Positions 40,670-54,626 of a DNA stretch of 64,000 nt are shown piece by piece. Both the position numbers and the translations under genes were made by a program. Source of the DNA: Eledone cirrhosa (lineage: Eukaryota); the NCBI GenBank assembly GCA_964016885.1, contig OZ024741.1:226114001-226178000 (forward strand), in the 5' to 3' direction. The first letter of the stretch is position 1. Each line of letters starts with the position of its first letter. The notes beneath the pieces were generated by a model. It was not told the DNA's origin and made no database searches. It saw only the letters and a program-made list of their open reading frames with translations.

Positions 40670-41910
40670 GGGCGGTGGGTGGATTGGCAGTATCGGTAGA
40701 GGATCGGACGCCATGCTTTGACGCATAGAGTTACGGCCCTTGCCATTCTGAGTTCAAATCCCGCCGAGGTTAACTTTGCCTTTCATCCTTACGGGGTCGA
40801 TAAAATAAATTACCAGTAATACACTGGGTAATTGCTGGCCTTGTGCCAAAAGTAGAAACAATTATTATTATTATCCAATGCGGTGGATTGGCAGTATCAG
40901 TAGACGGTCGGACGCCATGCTTTGTAGCATAGAATTATGTCCCTTTACGCTCTGAGTTCAAATCCCGCCGAGGTTAACTTTGCCTTTCATCATTACTGGG
41001 TCGATAAAATAAAGCGCCAGTAATGTACTGGGGTCGATTTAATCCACTTTCCCTTCTCCCAAATTACTGGCCTTGTGCCTATACTAGAAATCATTATAAA
41101 TATTATTAATATTATTATAAGGCGGTGGATTGGCAGTATCGGTAGAGGGTCGGACGCCATGCTTTGACGCATAGAGTTACGGCCCTTGCCATTCTGAGTT
41201 CAAATCCCGCCGAGGTTAACTTTGCCTTTCTTCGTTACGGGGTCGATAAAATAAAGTACCAGTAATACACTGGGTAATTGCTGGCCTTGTGCCAAACGTA
41301 GAAACAATTATAAATATTATCCAAGGTGGTGGATTGGAAGTATCAGTAGAGGGTCGGATGCCAATGCTTTGCAGCATAGAGTGATTTCTCTTTACGTTCT
41401 CAGTTCAAATCCCGTCGATGTTAGCTTTGTCTTTCATCTTTCCGTGGTCGATAAAATAAAATACCAGAAACGCACTGGGGTCGATTTAATCGATTTTTCC
41501 TTTCCCCAAATTATTGACTTTGTGGCTAAATCAGAAACCATTGCAGTATCGGTAGAGGGTCGGACGTCATGCTTTCCAGCATAGTTACGTCCCTTTACGA
41601 TCTGAGTTCAAATCCAGCCGAGGTTAACTTTGCCTTTCATCCTTACGGGGTCGATAAAATAAAGTACCAGTAATGCACTGGGTAATTTCTGGCATTGTGC
41701 TAATAGTAGAAACAATTATTAATATTATTATTACTGTTTAATTTTAGTTGTCGTTTCAGCTTCGTGACTTCTGAGTTCAAATTCCGCCGAGATTAACTTT
41801 GCGTTTCATTATTCTGGTGTCGAGAAAATCAAGCGCTAGTTAAATTCTGGAGTCGATAAAGTCGACGTTTCTCTTTATTTAAATTGCTGGCCATATGCCA
41901 ATGTTAGAAG
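40670..41910 (+). mobile_element. Head-to-tail array of ~6 S1 SINEs
   Basis: Units start at ~40670, 40879, 41120, 41324, 41543 and 41770, most separated by ATT-rich tails. Confidence 0.93.
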
Positions 41911-42415
41911 GAATTAGTAATTATTAGTAATTTCAGTTGTCGTCCGGGCTCTCTTGGCTCTGTTTTCTATCCAACCGATGACAACATTAACTTTCATCAT
42001 GTTCTCTCTCTCTCTCTCACTTTCTCTTTTTCTGTCTGTCTGTCTGTATCTCTCTCTCTCTCTCTGTCTCTATCTTTCATTCTGTATGTCTCTCTCTCCC
42101 TCTTCCTTTCTCTTTTTTCTGCCTCTCTCTCTCTATCTCACTCTCTCTCTCTCTCTATCTCACTCTCTCTCTATATATATATATCTCTCTCTCTCTCTCT
42201 TTCCTTTTACATCTGGGATGTACTTGTAATTAGATGCTATGGCAAATGTGTTAAGAGTACATGTATGTGTGTTGGCGACGAATTGGTAGAGTCGATAGGA
42301 CGGTGGCTAGAATGCTTTGCAGTATTCTCCATGGTTCTCCACGCTCTTTGTCTTTTATCCTTTTGAGGTCGACAAACAAATTACCAGTCCAGTACTCGTG
42401 TCGATCCTCCTTCCC

Positions 42416-42521
<106 letters not shown>

Positions 42522-42850
42522 GAAATCGATTGTGTTTAAATATGCAAGGTTTAAATGACTTTAAAATGGCACCGAAACGATTCTATGGGCTGACGAATTG
42601 ACAAGTATACAACATCCTCATTGCCCTTATCATAATCAACGTCGTTGTCATCAGCATAATACTTTTCACATTGGCAAAGCTGCCATGCACTCGCTGAGTG
42701 GAATGTGTGCCCCCCTATAGAGAATTGTTGTTGTTGTTGTTGTTGTTGTTTTTATTATTATCATTATTGGATTGGCAGTATCGGTAGAGGGTCGGACGCA
42801 TGTTTTGTAGCATCAAGATACGCCCCTTTACGGCCTCAGTTCAAATCCAT

Positions 42851-44361
42851 CCAATCACAATTTGTACTACTATTGCTTTTATATTCCACATTCTCTCGAC
42901 ATCTATTCTAAAGTCTGCATACTTTACGATTTTTTCTTTCTCTTTACCATTAATGTAATGGTCTCCTGGGCAAGCTACATCGATCAACAAACACCTTTCA
43001 CTACCTTTCTGCACCAAAGTTATGCCCGGCCTTGTATTTTCAAGAACTCTGTATGCCTGGATTGTAAAGTCCCACAAGTGTTTCACAGTCTGATTTTCTC
43101 TGACCTTTTCTGGTTTGTGCTGGTACCATTTCTCAGCGGTTGCAAACCAATATTTCTTGCACAAAGACTAATGAAGGTGTAAGAACACCTTATCGTGACG
43201 CTTTTTATATTCCTTCTGCGCAAGCATGCTACAGGCATTGATGATGTGTGTCACAATTTCCACCTTCTTCCTACATAACCTACTCTAAGAAATGCAAAGA
43301 GATCTCTACTCCACCCTCACCCCACGAAAATAGGAGACAAGAGAGACCACCGCTACTACAAATATTGTGGCTTCAACAAAAGCTACAACAACGACAGTAT
43401 TACACACTGAGTAAGCCTCTGCCTCCTTAAATTCTGAGAATGAAAAGTCAATCCACATCTGTATTTGGGTGGTGCATCTTATTACAAATCAGTATCTTTC
43501 ACTGATATTCTAGTTCAACACATTGAGTCTATACCTAACAACTGGAACAGCTAAGGGTTTTATGGCTAGCACTATGTTACGCGCATTTAGCTCAGATTTC
43601 AGAGCTGCTCGGATTCCCCTATAACATTCTTTCCTTATCTTCGCTTTCATGTTTGCATGCTGAATGTCAGAGCCTTCATGTATACCTAATTTTGTTCCTG
43701 CTCAAATTCTTTAATAACTGCTTCACTAAACAGTTCGACTGAATTTGAGTTTATCAAAGTGGCCTTAACACACTTATCAAGCCCAAACTGAATGCTTTCA
43801 CAGTACGCAAAAGACCTTCAAGCTCATCATTGTCTTTGCCATATAGTTTTAGGTCATGCATATGAAATAGATGGTTTAATTTCCTGTTGTCAATTTTATA
43901 TCAGTCTCTTGTTCTGTTAAGTTTAATTCTATGCAACATATCATAGGTAAAAGTGAGTCACCTTGGAAAATGCCATGGTCGGTGTTAATATTGTTTTAAC
44001 TTAGTACTCCATTCGAATGATATATTTGGAGAGTCGTGTTACACGATGACATATGTTTCAGAAAGTTTGAAATTACATGAGAAATTTTGAATATGTCCAG
44101 CCATTTCAGAATCTATGAATGTGATATCCTGCCAAAAACCTTTTTGTAATCAATGCATGCTGAACGTAGATTTCTGCGCTTGTTATGACAGTTCTCAAAG
44201 ATCATATGATTAATTAAGAGTTGATCTTTACATCCATATAAACCTCGCCGGCACCCTTTTTGTTCAATAGGAAAAGATTGTTCTCTCCATAGTTGCATAT
44301 GTTTTCTCCGTGAGAATAGATGTTAAAACATTATAAGTAATGGAGAAATAGGTTATAGGTC
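42851..44361 (-). mobile_element. R4/Dong-clade LINE fragment (RT, CCHC remnant, RLE endonuclease) next to (AAT)n/(AAC)n
   Basis: EQKGCRRGLYGCKDQLLI, HIINACS..YKKRHDKV, WY.HKPEKV.EN....LWDF.IQ, LIDVACP, EKI.KY. Confidence 0.88.
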
Positions 44362-44362
44362 G

Positions 44363-44395
<33 letters not shown>

Positions 44396-44414
44396 GTTAT
44401 TATTATTATTATCG

Positions 44415-44458
<44 letters not shown>

Positions 44459-46717
44459 CAAACCAATAAATGTGATGGAATGTCAGAAGTGGTAGAGCCT
44501 CAGATAAAATGCTATTTCAATATTTGTTCTGGTTCTTTACTATTTGAATTCAAAACCCGAGGAGGTCAACTTCGAATTTCATTCTTCTGAGATCGATAAA
44601 ATATTGTACCAGTCAAGTTCTAGGGTGGATGTTATCAACTTTCCCCTCCTTTCAAATTTCTGGCCATTTGCCAATAGTAGAAAGATTTATTATGCAAAAC
44701 AATAATATATCTCGTATTTTCCCCATTATTTGCTCGCCCCTTCTGAGATCTATTAATATCTTTCCTCATAATGGCTGTTAAATATCCATCAAATATCCTA
44801 TACAGATAATTATACTTGACTTCATATCATGTTTATTATAATCAACGTTAATTAGATTTGGCAGATATGTTGTATGTTTCTTTTTCGTTGCCTATGCATT
44901 ATTTCAGTTTCTATGACTTCTAATTAAGTTTAACTTTGCATCACATATGTTGTAGTTTGTCCTAGGGAAATTTCCTGACATTAGGCCAACTAAATGTTTT
45001 GCCATTAGTTAGGCTTGTGCATTTGTGAGAGTATGTGTAAATATGCGTGTGTGCCTGTGAGTGTTTAATATATATTTTCCTGAGTGCATGTCTACATATC
45101 TACGATTTTATAAGCCTGTTTGTGCGTGCTTCAGTTATAAGGTATTCAGAAGACTAATTGAAAAGTACTGTTATAACTTGATCGTACTCAAATCATTTCG
45201 GTTTCAAACCCTGGCAATTCCATCTGTAACGCAGAGAAGAAGAAGATAGACATATACAGGCACTTCATCGACCGTCGAGACATCTGGTGTTCCCGGGCCC
45301 CAAAATATCATTTTCCTTCGCACTATTGGGAAGAGTGCATTCCACCTGAGTCAGGCGCCTGTGAGATGAAATGCCTGATGCTGCGAGTGTCGCTAACTTT
45401 TCTCTGCGGCAATACTTTCGCAATTTTGGTCGCGTGATGCAGCTGATGTAAACCCTTAAATTGGAGGGTAGAGTCTGACGTTTTCTCTTCTTTACTCTTA
45501 CTCAACATACCGTTACTACAACATGAACCTAACGGCATATTCTGACTACACGATATATACTGTTCTTAAAGAACACGCAAATTGAATGCCATATTCTTAA
45601 AGGAATCTAACGAGAATGATGAATTTCTACCCGGCCGCTACATCTCATAAAAATTACTGCTAAATCACCCACTAATAACATTACCTTAGAAAAGAAAGAC
45701 ACATTGGATAACGGAGTTGAGTACACTCTACATTGAAAAGATTCTGGATGGTTAGGGTCGGAATGCCTTCGATTATAACTCTGTTCAATAGAGCCAAAAT
45801 GAAAGTACAGTAGTACTATAACAGCCCACATTATTCATACGACATTGTTTACTTCATAATGTGTTCTGAGCTTAAATCTTTGCTCAGCATAGGTGGACAG
45901 AAGTCTATGAACGTGCAGTAAATTGTTCAAGACAAGAGTAAATCATAGTTTGCTGGTGATTTGATCTCTTGACAACATACTGTATATCTACCTAAACAAT
46001 GATGTTCTAATATCTGAAGACAATACATTTAACACTATTTTATTTGTTTCAGTCAGTAGACTGCGGAATCGCCTTGAAAATGTGAATATCGAACTCATGA
46101 CCTTTAGATTGCTTAATTATAATATGGATAATGAAATGCACTACTTTCATGTTGTCATTCTGAAACTGCAGAGTTGTGAATTGACATTAGCAAAATTATA
46201 TTCACACTAGCAGAAAAACCACACTTCGGGTTAAAAAATATATTCTGAACGCTGTCCCGCACTCCTCCCTTTATTATAGTTTAGATTGTGTATATAAAAC
46301 GTAATATAAATCTAATTTTCTGTTAAAGGGAAATGAAGCATACAGATTAACAGACATATTCAAACTATAAATAGGAATTCACAATGTTCGTTACAAGTAT
46401 GAAAATACACGTCTGGGGTCAAGCCAGCGATGCCATGCATATTAGGTTGACTATATTTGCAATATACGCGTGAGGTCAGGATAGTACGAAGTTCAGCATC
46501 TACACGAGGGAGTTCATGTCAGATTGTATTGGGTGTTTTCGTGAAGTTAAAGCATAGTGAGTGTGAATGCTAAATAAGATCAGTGATTTCATGCCTCGGT
46601 CATACATTGCGTTTACAGACGTCGCGAGCGAGCAAAAGTACAATATTCTTTGACGAGTCAACACAAAGCCTTATATGTAAAATTATAACAGTTGGTGTAA
46701 ATGGTTCGACAAAATAT

Positions 46718-46908
46718 AATAATTGTTTCTACTTTTGGCACATTCCAGCAATTACCCCAGTGCGTTACTGGTGCTTTATTTCATCGACCCTGTAAGGATG
46801 AAAGGCAAAATTAACCTTGGCGTATTTGATCTCAGAACGTAAAGGACCGGAACTCTATGCTGCAACGCATGGCGCCTGACCCTCTACCGATACTGCCAAT
46901 CCACCGCC
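46718..46908 (-). mobile_element. SINE S1
   Basis: Reverse complement of the S1 head to tail. Confidence 0.9.
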
Positions 46909-49271
46909 CATATATGATAATAGTAATAAAACAGAAAACAAAACGAAACGGAAATAACCGCGTTAACATAAAACAATAAATATCACCGCTGTATTCAAAG
47001 TATCAACAATGACAAAAAATATCATACACAACACAACGTGACTAGAATGATATATTTCAACAATAAGAATTTTGAGCCAAAATATGTTCTAACGTCATAG
47101 TAAGACTGCTTTATATGATGCTCATTTGAATACAATTCATGAAATTTGAATTGCAAATATTATTTAAACAAATATGTATTAGTATGAATGTAAATAACGA
47201 AAACGACCGATTCTGTCTACATGTGTATTTACGGATGTATATGTGTATGTATGGATTGATGAATTCGGGTATTTATGGATGGATACATGTATGCATATAT
47301 TTGTATAGACCCGTAACTCCTGGTTGAGACGTAGGGGAATCTTAGTGATATATAGTGTTTCTTGGGCCATTCAAAACCTGGCGGAGACTATCCCTCTCCA
47401 GGTTTAAACACAGCCGATTTTTTTCATGAGGAAAGAAAATGATAGGGAGAAACTGAAAATGGATATTGTGGAAGAATCAACAACAGTATTGAACGGGCAC
47501 TTTTTTATCGATTTTGAAAGGGTGAAAAGCAAAGTTGACCTCGGCGGGATTAGAACTCAGAGCGAAGAGAACCGGAACAAATACCGCGAAGCATTTTCAC
47601 CGACGTTCTAATGACTCTGCAAATTTGCTGCCTATATATGTATATAACAGTATGTTGACATAGGGGATGCAACTAGCCCAGTAGCTGGTAAAATTCTCAT
47701 GTTTGTTGCAATTGAATAGCCTACATAGCAACCTAGATTGCAGCCAAGTGTTAGAATCTTCTTGTCAAGACTAAGCTGAGCTTCTCCTTCACCAACATTC
47801 TTAACAGACTTTTAGTAGATCTGGAAGCAACAGTAAGCCTCTCAAATAAAGAGTGTGTGCCTAATCTTGTGAAAATATCTTGGCAAATATCAATCACTTC
47901 TTTGCTAGTTTCTGGATAGTTACAGAAAATAAGGATTAACGTTTTGAAGAGTTATACGTATTTACGTTTAGGAAATCGCTAGTAATAGAAATATATTAAA
48001 GTGTTAATACACATTCAAGCATATACGCACAAACTAACAAACACAAATGCATATATATATATATATATATATATATACAAGACAGTATATAGAGGAAAAT
48101 ACACAAAGATGTATGTGTTCAATTATAGGGGATAGAATGCCACCAGAGGGAAAAACATATTGACTACAAAAGGAATGGAGAATACAATTAAAAGAATAAA
48201 TTAAAATGTCCGAAGCATCCGTTTGTGACTATATTACATGGACAAGCTCTAAAGCATGTTTCGCCATAAATAAAGTGTAGATTCATATCATGGAAGGCGT
48301 ATCAACAGGTGAACCAACAATATGATCTAGACTTCTCAAAATATATCAGATAACTAGTAAACACACGTGGTGGAAAGAGAAAATATGCGCGTTATATAGC
48401 CCATGGGGGTGTGACTGGACCAAAAGACCGCTAAAAACACCAGCTGAGAAACATTCAACCTAAGAAGCTCTACTTACATATAGAAATGAACGCAGTTTTC
48501 TTTATGTATTTTTCTCTCTATACTCTCTTATAAAGAGCCCAGAATCTATCTCTTGAGCTCATTAAATTATAGATTAACGTCAGCCTTTAACCCCGGTTTT
48601 GAATTTGATATATTGGCTCCTAATTCATTGGGAGGAGGAGGAGGAGAAGGAGGGAGGAGGATGGGAGGATGAGGGGGAGGGGCGAGGAAGAGGAGGACGA
48701 GGGGGAATAGTGATGAAAGCTGAGTGAACGGTAGTAGTAGTAGTCGCTGTAGAAGTGATAGGATGCGATCGGCTGTGTTGATCATGTTGGCTGATTGAAA
48801 TACTGAGATGCTTAATGTAACCTGTTGTTGATTTGGTTGTTTCGGGTGGTTATGGTGATACTTTACGTGCATGAACGCATACTCGCTCATATACACCCAT
48901 ACACACACAAACACACACACACACACACACACAAACACACATCCACCCACACACAATCACATCCACAGATATGTATATATGTATGTGCAAATGTTTGTGT
49001 TAATGTGTGTATTTTGTGTTTTTGTGTGTAGTGCATTCTGTTTATAGCCGGTGGCAATATGTGCTCCGTGAATTACTTGGCATTTTAAAGAATTAGAGTC
49101 ATATTTGTTCTAATGTCAATGTTTCTGGTCTCTGCAATGTGTCTGTCGTTAGATATGTTATAATATTTCCAGTTATATAGACGGTGTCACGTTTGTAAAT
49201 CTACACATGCATAGCAACTATATGTACTTCGTAGTTTGTTGGCGATCCTGTCACTATCTAGAGGCCATTAT

Positions 49272-49480
49272 GTGGGCAGTATCGGTAGAGGGTCGGACGC
49301 CATACTTTGCAGCACAGAGTTACGGCCCTTTATGATCTGAGTTCAAATCCCGCTGAGGTTAAATTTGCCTTTCTTCCTTACGGGGTCGATAAAATAAAGT
49401 ACCAGTCACGCACTGGGGTCGATTTAATCGGTTTTCCCTTCCCCTAAAATTGCTGGCCTTGTGCCTATATAAGAAACCAT
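49272..49480 (+). mobile_element. SINE S1, long-tail subfamily
   Basis: S1 head, B box, and GGGGTCGATTTAATCG insert in the tail. Confidence 0.9.
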
Positions 49481-49579
49481 TATGTTATATCTTTGTTCGT
49501 TTGTATAAGTGTATATCTATAAGTGAAGTTCATGAATTCGATTCTCGGCAGCGCGTTATATTCTTGAGTATAAGAATGA

Positions 49580-51430
49580 GGCTAAGAATGTGGACGTAGC
49601 TTTATGGAGGCAACTAGAGAATAATCAAAAGAGATGAATTTAAAATACTCCATTCTTTGGACAAACTTCGGAACTGTGGAGTTTACCGCAACTCTAGTAT
49701 ATCAAATAACTGCGCGCTCTGTACAATGGAGACCCTGTTGATTATTAATAACTATGAGACCCTAATTAACAAAAAAAGTGAATTATTCTCTAGTTGCCTC
49801 CATAAAGCTACGTTCACATTCTTAGCCGCCCACAAAACGAGAAAAAAGAGAGAGAAACACTAAACCATTAAAAACTTGGTTGTCAGATGTATATAATCAA
49901 CAGGGAAAAACATTAATGGCATTTAATATAATCCCGCCGAGGTTGACTTTGCCTTTCATCCTTACGGGGTCGATAAAATAAAGTACCAGTAATGCACTGG
50001 GTAATTGCTGGCCTTGTGCCTAAAGTAGAAACAATTATCTTATAACTATCTATAGAAGAAATAACGCTCGAATGAAAGACACTTGCTCAATAACATGACG
50101 GAACATTGATATACATAACATAATATTATTAACTTTGATCCATACCATTATTTCTTTATTTCTCTATCTTTATCTTCCTATCTAAGTTTTAAATTTTAGT
50201 TTAATATCCAACCCATACATTTTTACGGAACTTATTTCTAACTGTGAATCTTTCATGTGTTTTGGATCTCTTATTTATAATATGTATGTAATTATATTTT
50301 CTACGTTTTTAAATATACCTACTACATTTTTATATCAATGATTCAAATATAGAGCAAATATACAAACTATAAATTATTATAGACCTTATTTTGAACTCTG
50401 AATTATCCATGCATTTATTATTGTTTTTCTTATATATATGTATTTAACTATAACACTTTCGAACTTTATTATATAAGATTATAATCGTTATCATTTACCT
50501 AAAGTATACTGTATCAATAATACCTAATTTATATCTATATATACCTCCCTGTATCTTTCTATACATAATTTTTAGTTAACTTCTAAATTTCTTGATTATT
50601 ATTTATTTTGAACTATGAATAATTAATGCATTTACACCCTGTTATATATAGGTATATATTTAACTTTAGCATGCCTCAATCTATTATTTTATGTTTATTT
50701 TCGTTATCATTTACCTAAAATATACTGACTCATTAATATATATCTATATACATAATCGTTATTTAAATATTTCTAACAATAAGTACTTCATAAGCTTTAC
50801 ATACCAAATATGTTGACAATGATTATCTTCGGTAAAGTTTACATTTAGGAAAATATTCAACAGTGTAAACTTTCCTTTCCGCTGGCCAGCTAAATCCTTT
50901 AAATGTTATCCTCATAAAATTAAGAAGTTTAGAAATGTTAACACACTTATAGAATTTACAAAACTAATAAATATAAATAACCAGCAATTTAAAAAAAAAC
51001 CTAAAATCTTGATTCTTCACCCTAAAATAGCATAAATTAAATATTTTCAAACTTAACCGTTTAACTTTCGGAAAAAATCTCCTTCTACATATATTACCCC
51101 TTATCTTTCCCTCTCTATATATCCTTTTCCAGTGGCTCTCATTGACTGTTTTCCTAGATAAACATAAATTGTAGTATCATACATTTTAAAATCTCTATAA
51201 CTGTTACATTAAGCAACGTTTTTCTTACTCACACATTCTCTATTGTATTTATTACGTTTTCGCATTTTCTCATTATTAGGGTATAAATGTTAAACTTTCT
51301 CTTAGGTTCATCACTACCTTGATTAAATCTTAACCATTTAACATCTCAGGATATGTCATGTATCATTATATTTTGTCTGCTGAGGACGTACTGTTGTACA
51401 TCTGAAATATGTATAATAAAATGTAATTGA
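49580..51430 (+). mobile_element. Remnant of a second Hydra-like PLE: GIY-YIG C-terminus plus long AT-rich 3' region; S1 half-copy at 49931-50037
   Basis: CALCTMETLLII....LINKKSELFSSCLHK resembles the family H C-terminus; degenerate CTGAGGA..GTAC/GTAC..GAAA at 51380-51415; 3' limit inferred. Confidence 0.6.
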
Positions 51431-51600
51431 TCAAAAGAACATCTATTTTATTAATATTTGTATTTTAATATATATATATATATATTTAGTGAAAACTGGA
51501 ACGGACAGAGAGGCAGTACAAACAAAGGTTTATTAGTTTCACGTTCTTTTTCAAATCCATATTTAATAAAAAAAAAAAAAAAAAAACACCATGTTATTTA

Positions 51601-51661
51601 TTCATTCTGACGACTGAAGACAGACATAACATCTGCCTTCAAGAAACTACTGGTAAATGAA
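51601..51661 (+). ncRNA. Type-I hammerhead ribozyme
   Basis: TTCATT CTGACGA C TGAAG A CAGA-loop-TCTG C CTTCA A GAAAC TACTG GTA AATGAA; 6-bp stem I. Confidence 0.8.
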
Positions 51662-52189
51662 ATAATTATCTGATGTTGTTTATTACATTATATATGTATA
51701 TATATATATATATATACCTGCGTGTATATTATTTTATTTTTTACGATGACCTCCCCTTCCCATTTGGGGACAATGTGACATTTGTTTTGTAGAACTGCTG
51801 GACTTTCAAACTAAGCGGCTCTATCTAACACTGACGGTGATTATCGCTAAATATTAATATCGATTAGGTTATTAATATTGATGTTACTTGGCCATCCCAC
51901 TGAAGAGTTATTACAGCCCACTTGCATGGGAATCCATTGGTCTTATGCAAGCTTCTATATAACTAGGACGCTTTTCTCCCACTTTGTAGAAATCTTATAA
52001 TGAAACGATCGTTTGGGGAATGAGATTTATTTAATTATGTCTCATATAAAATAATACAGCCGATTATCCACACAATACAATATAGTTAACACCCCAAACG
52101 TATAATTGGGAATATACTTAGGTATATTCCTATTGTTTGTTGAGTGAGTTGGAAATTGGTCGGAGTATCGCTAATGGCTTTCTCTGTTA

Positions 52190-52557
<368 letters not shown>

Positions 52558-52833
52558 GTGTATGTATGTCATCTGCCTATAATAATAATTTAATTCTAAT
52601 GGATTTTATTTGAATTTTCCTCAAAGATTGATTACGTTACTTATTTCAGTATTTAACCTGTCAAAAATATCCTCTATTTATTGAAGTTGATGCTTCGAAT
52701 GTACAATATTTGCAGTGTTATCACCATTATTCAATTATCTTCATTGTCTCTGTAGTTGTCAAAAGACTTAAACTCGTAATTGGCCTCGTCTGCCTAGTTG
52801 TGAAAGTGTAACGCAGCGTAGAACCTGCTCATA

Positions 52834-53038
<205 letters not shown>

Positions 53039-54436
53039 AACAGATGTTTTACATATTAGTTATACCTTCGCTATCCCACTGATCCACGCCCAAACAGTGT
53101 GATAGAATGTTCTCTGGCATGTAGAACCCAAGGCGCAAGCCGCCTGAGGGGCCCAATGGACACAATGGAAAAGAAAATGTTAGTTTGGAGCATATTGGAC
53201 GCGTTGGAATGAATAATCATTCCAACTTGCACAGTTCACTCCTGATGGTGGTAAACTCTGCTTCGATAGCAGTCTGTTTCGAGGTTGTTCGGAGACCAAG
53301 AACGCTAGGCGACTCCGTCGCTATAGGTTCAACGACAAGCCTACTGGAAAACGACCGATACTTCAACAAACTTTTAATAGATTAGCATCTCACCTAAGGT
53401 GTAGATGTATCTTTATCTGCTTGATAGCACTGAAATCAAAGATAAAAACATTTCCATCTTATTCGTAAAGAAGTACGTCAAAGGATGATAGAGAACTTAT
53501 AACATGCCAAGATGCATCTGCCGCACCCAAACATATACAAAAGACACATCAAAGACGCATAGCCTGGTGAACATCAACACGTGATAAACAATTTTTACTC
53601 ATCAGAAGTCAATTAAAGTGGACCTATGTGTAATCTTCTGGCCCGCTAGAAATAGCAGGCAAATCTCTCCGAAAACAACAATCCCTCTAGAAAAGTACGC
53701 ATTGGTTGATGTGAGCTTAGGGAAATGGCGTGTTCTTACTCGGAACGCATTTGATCATAGATATAATTGATCTTGTTTGATCTGGGATTATACAACAACC
53801 TTTACTCACCAGAAATTTATAGAGTTGGACTTTTCTTCTGTCTATTTCTGCCGTCACAATGTGTTTCACTTCAGACTTTCCCACAGGAGAAAAGTTATTG
53901 GAACAAATTAACCTTCTATTCCGATGCAGATAATTAATCTACTGTTAGGCACCAGCCGTGAAAAGGGTCCCAAATGGATTAAAATCCATTTATTATTTAA
54001 TTCAGCGAAGCTGAATGTTTTTAATCGCATTTATAATGTTTTGTAGAGTGTTTTGCTGGTATCAACTTACTATAATTTGATATCCATTAATTGTCTGGTT
54101 TGAATAGTGGCGGTCGACCTTATATTGGGTGGGGGGTGAGTGTGGTAGTGAAATTGTTAAACAATTCACCAAGGTGTTTCAATTTCTATTATGGATTTGA
54201 TCTTTCAAACCAGGGATCTTTGAATAATAAACACATCAAATTAACCTTTCAGTGACATTAGAATACTTAATGCTTTGTACGTTAGTGTGGTGAAATATTA
54301 AATTATATCACCGTTAAGTTATCTTCAAAATTTAAGAAAATATGTCATCAAATGCTAACATTTCGGTTGCCTGTTGATAGATAATTACATTGATGCTAAT
54401 AAATGTATAAACGTTTCTATATCTATTATATATATC

Positions 54437-54510
<74 letters not shown>

Positions 54511-54626
54511 TATATACGGTTCTTATATATCTGATATATATGTATCCTTATCGAGCCCTCTTTGGATTTTTGTCTTCAAATTTATTATTATTACTATTTG
54601 GCTCCCTCGGTTGAGCACTCTATTGA

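Noticed and set aside
40670-41910. CRISPR-like or tRNA gene array
   Set aside because: The units are ~190 bp SINEs with A/B boxes but no cloverleaf and no unique spacers, in a eukaryotic context.
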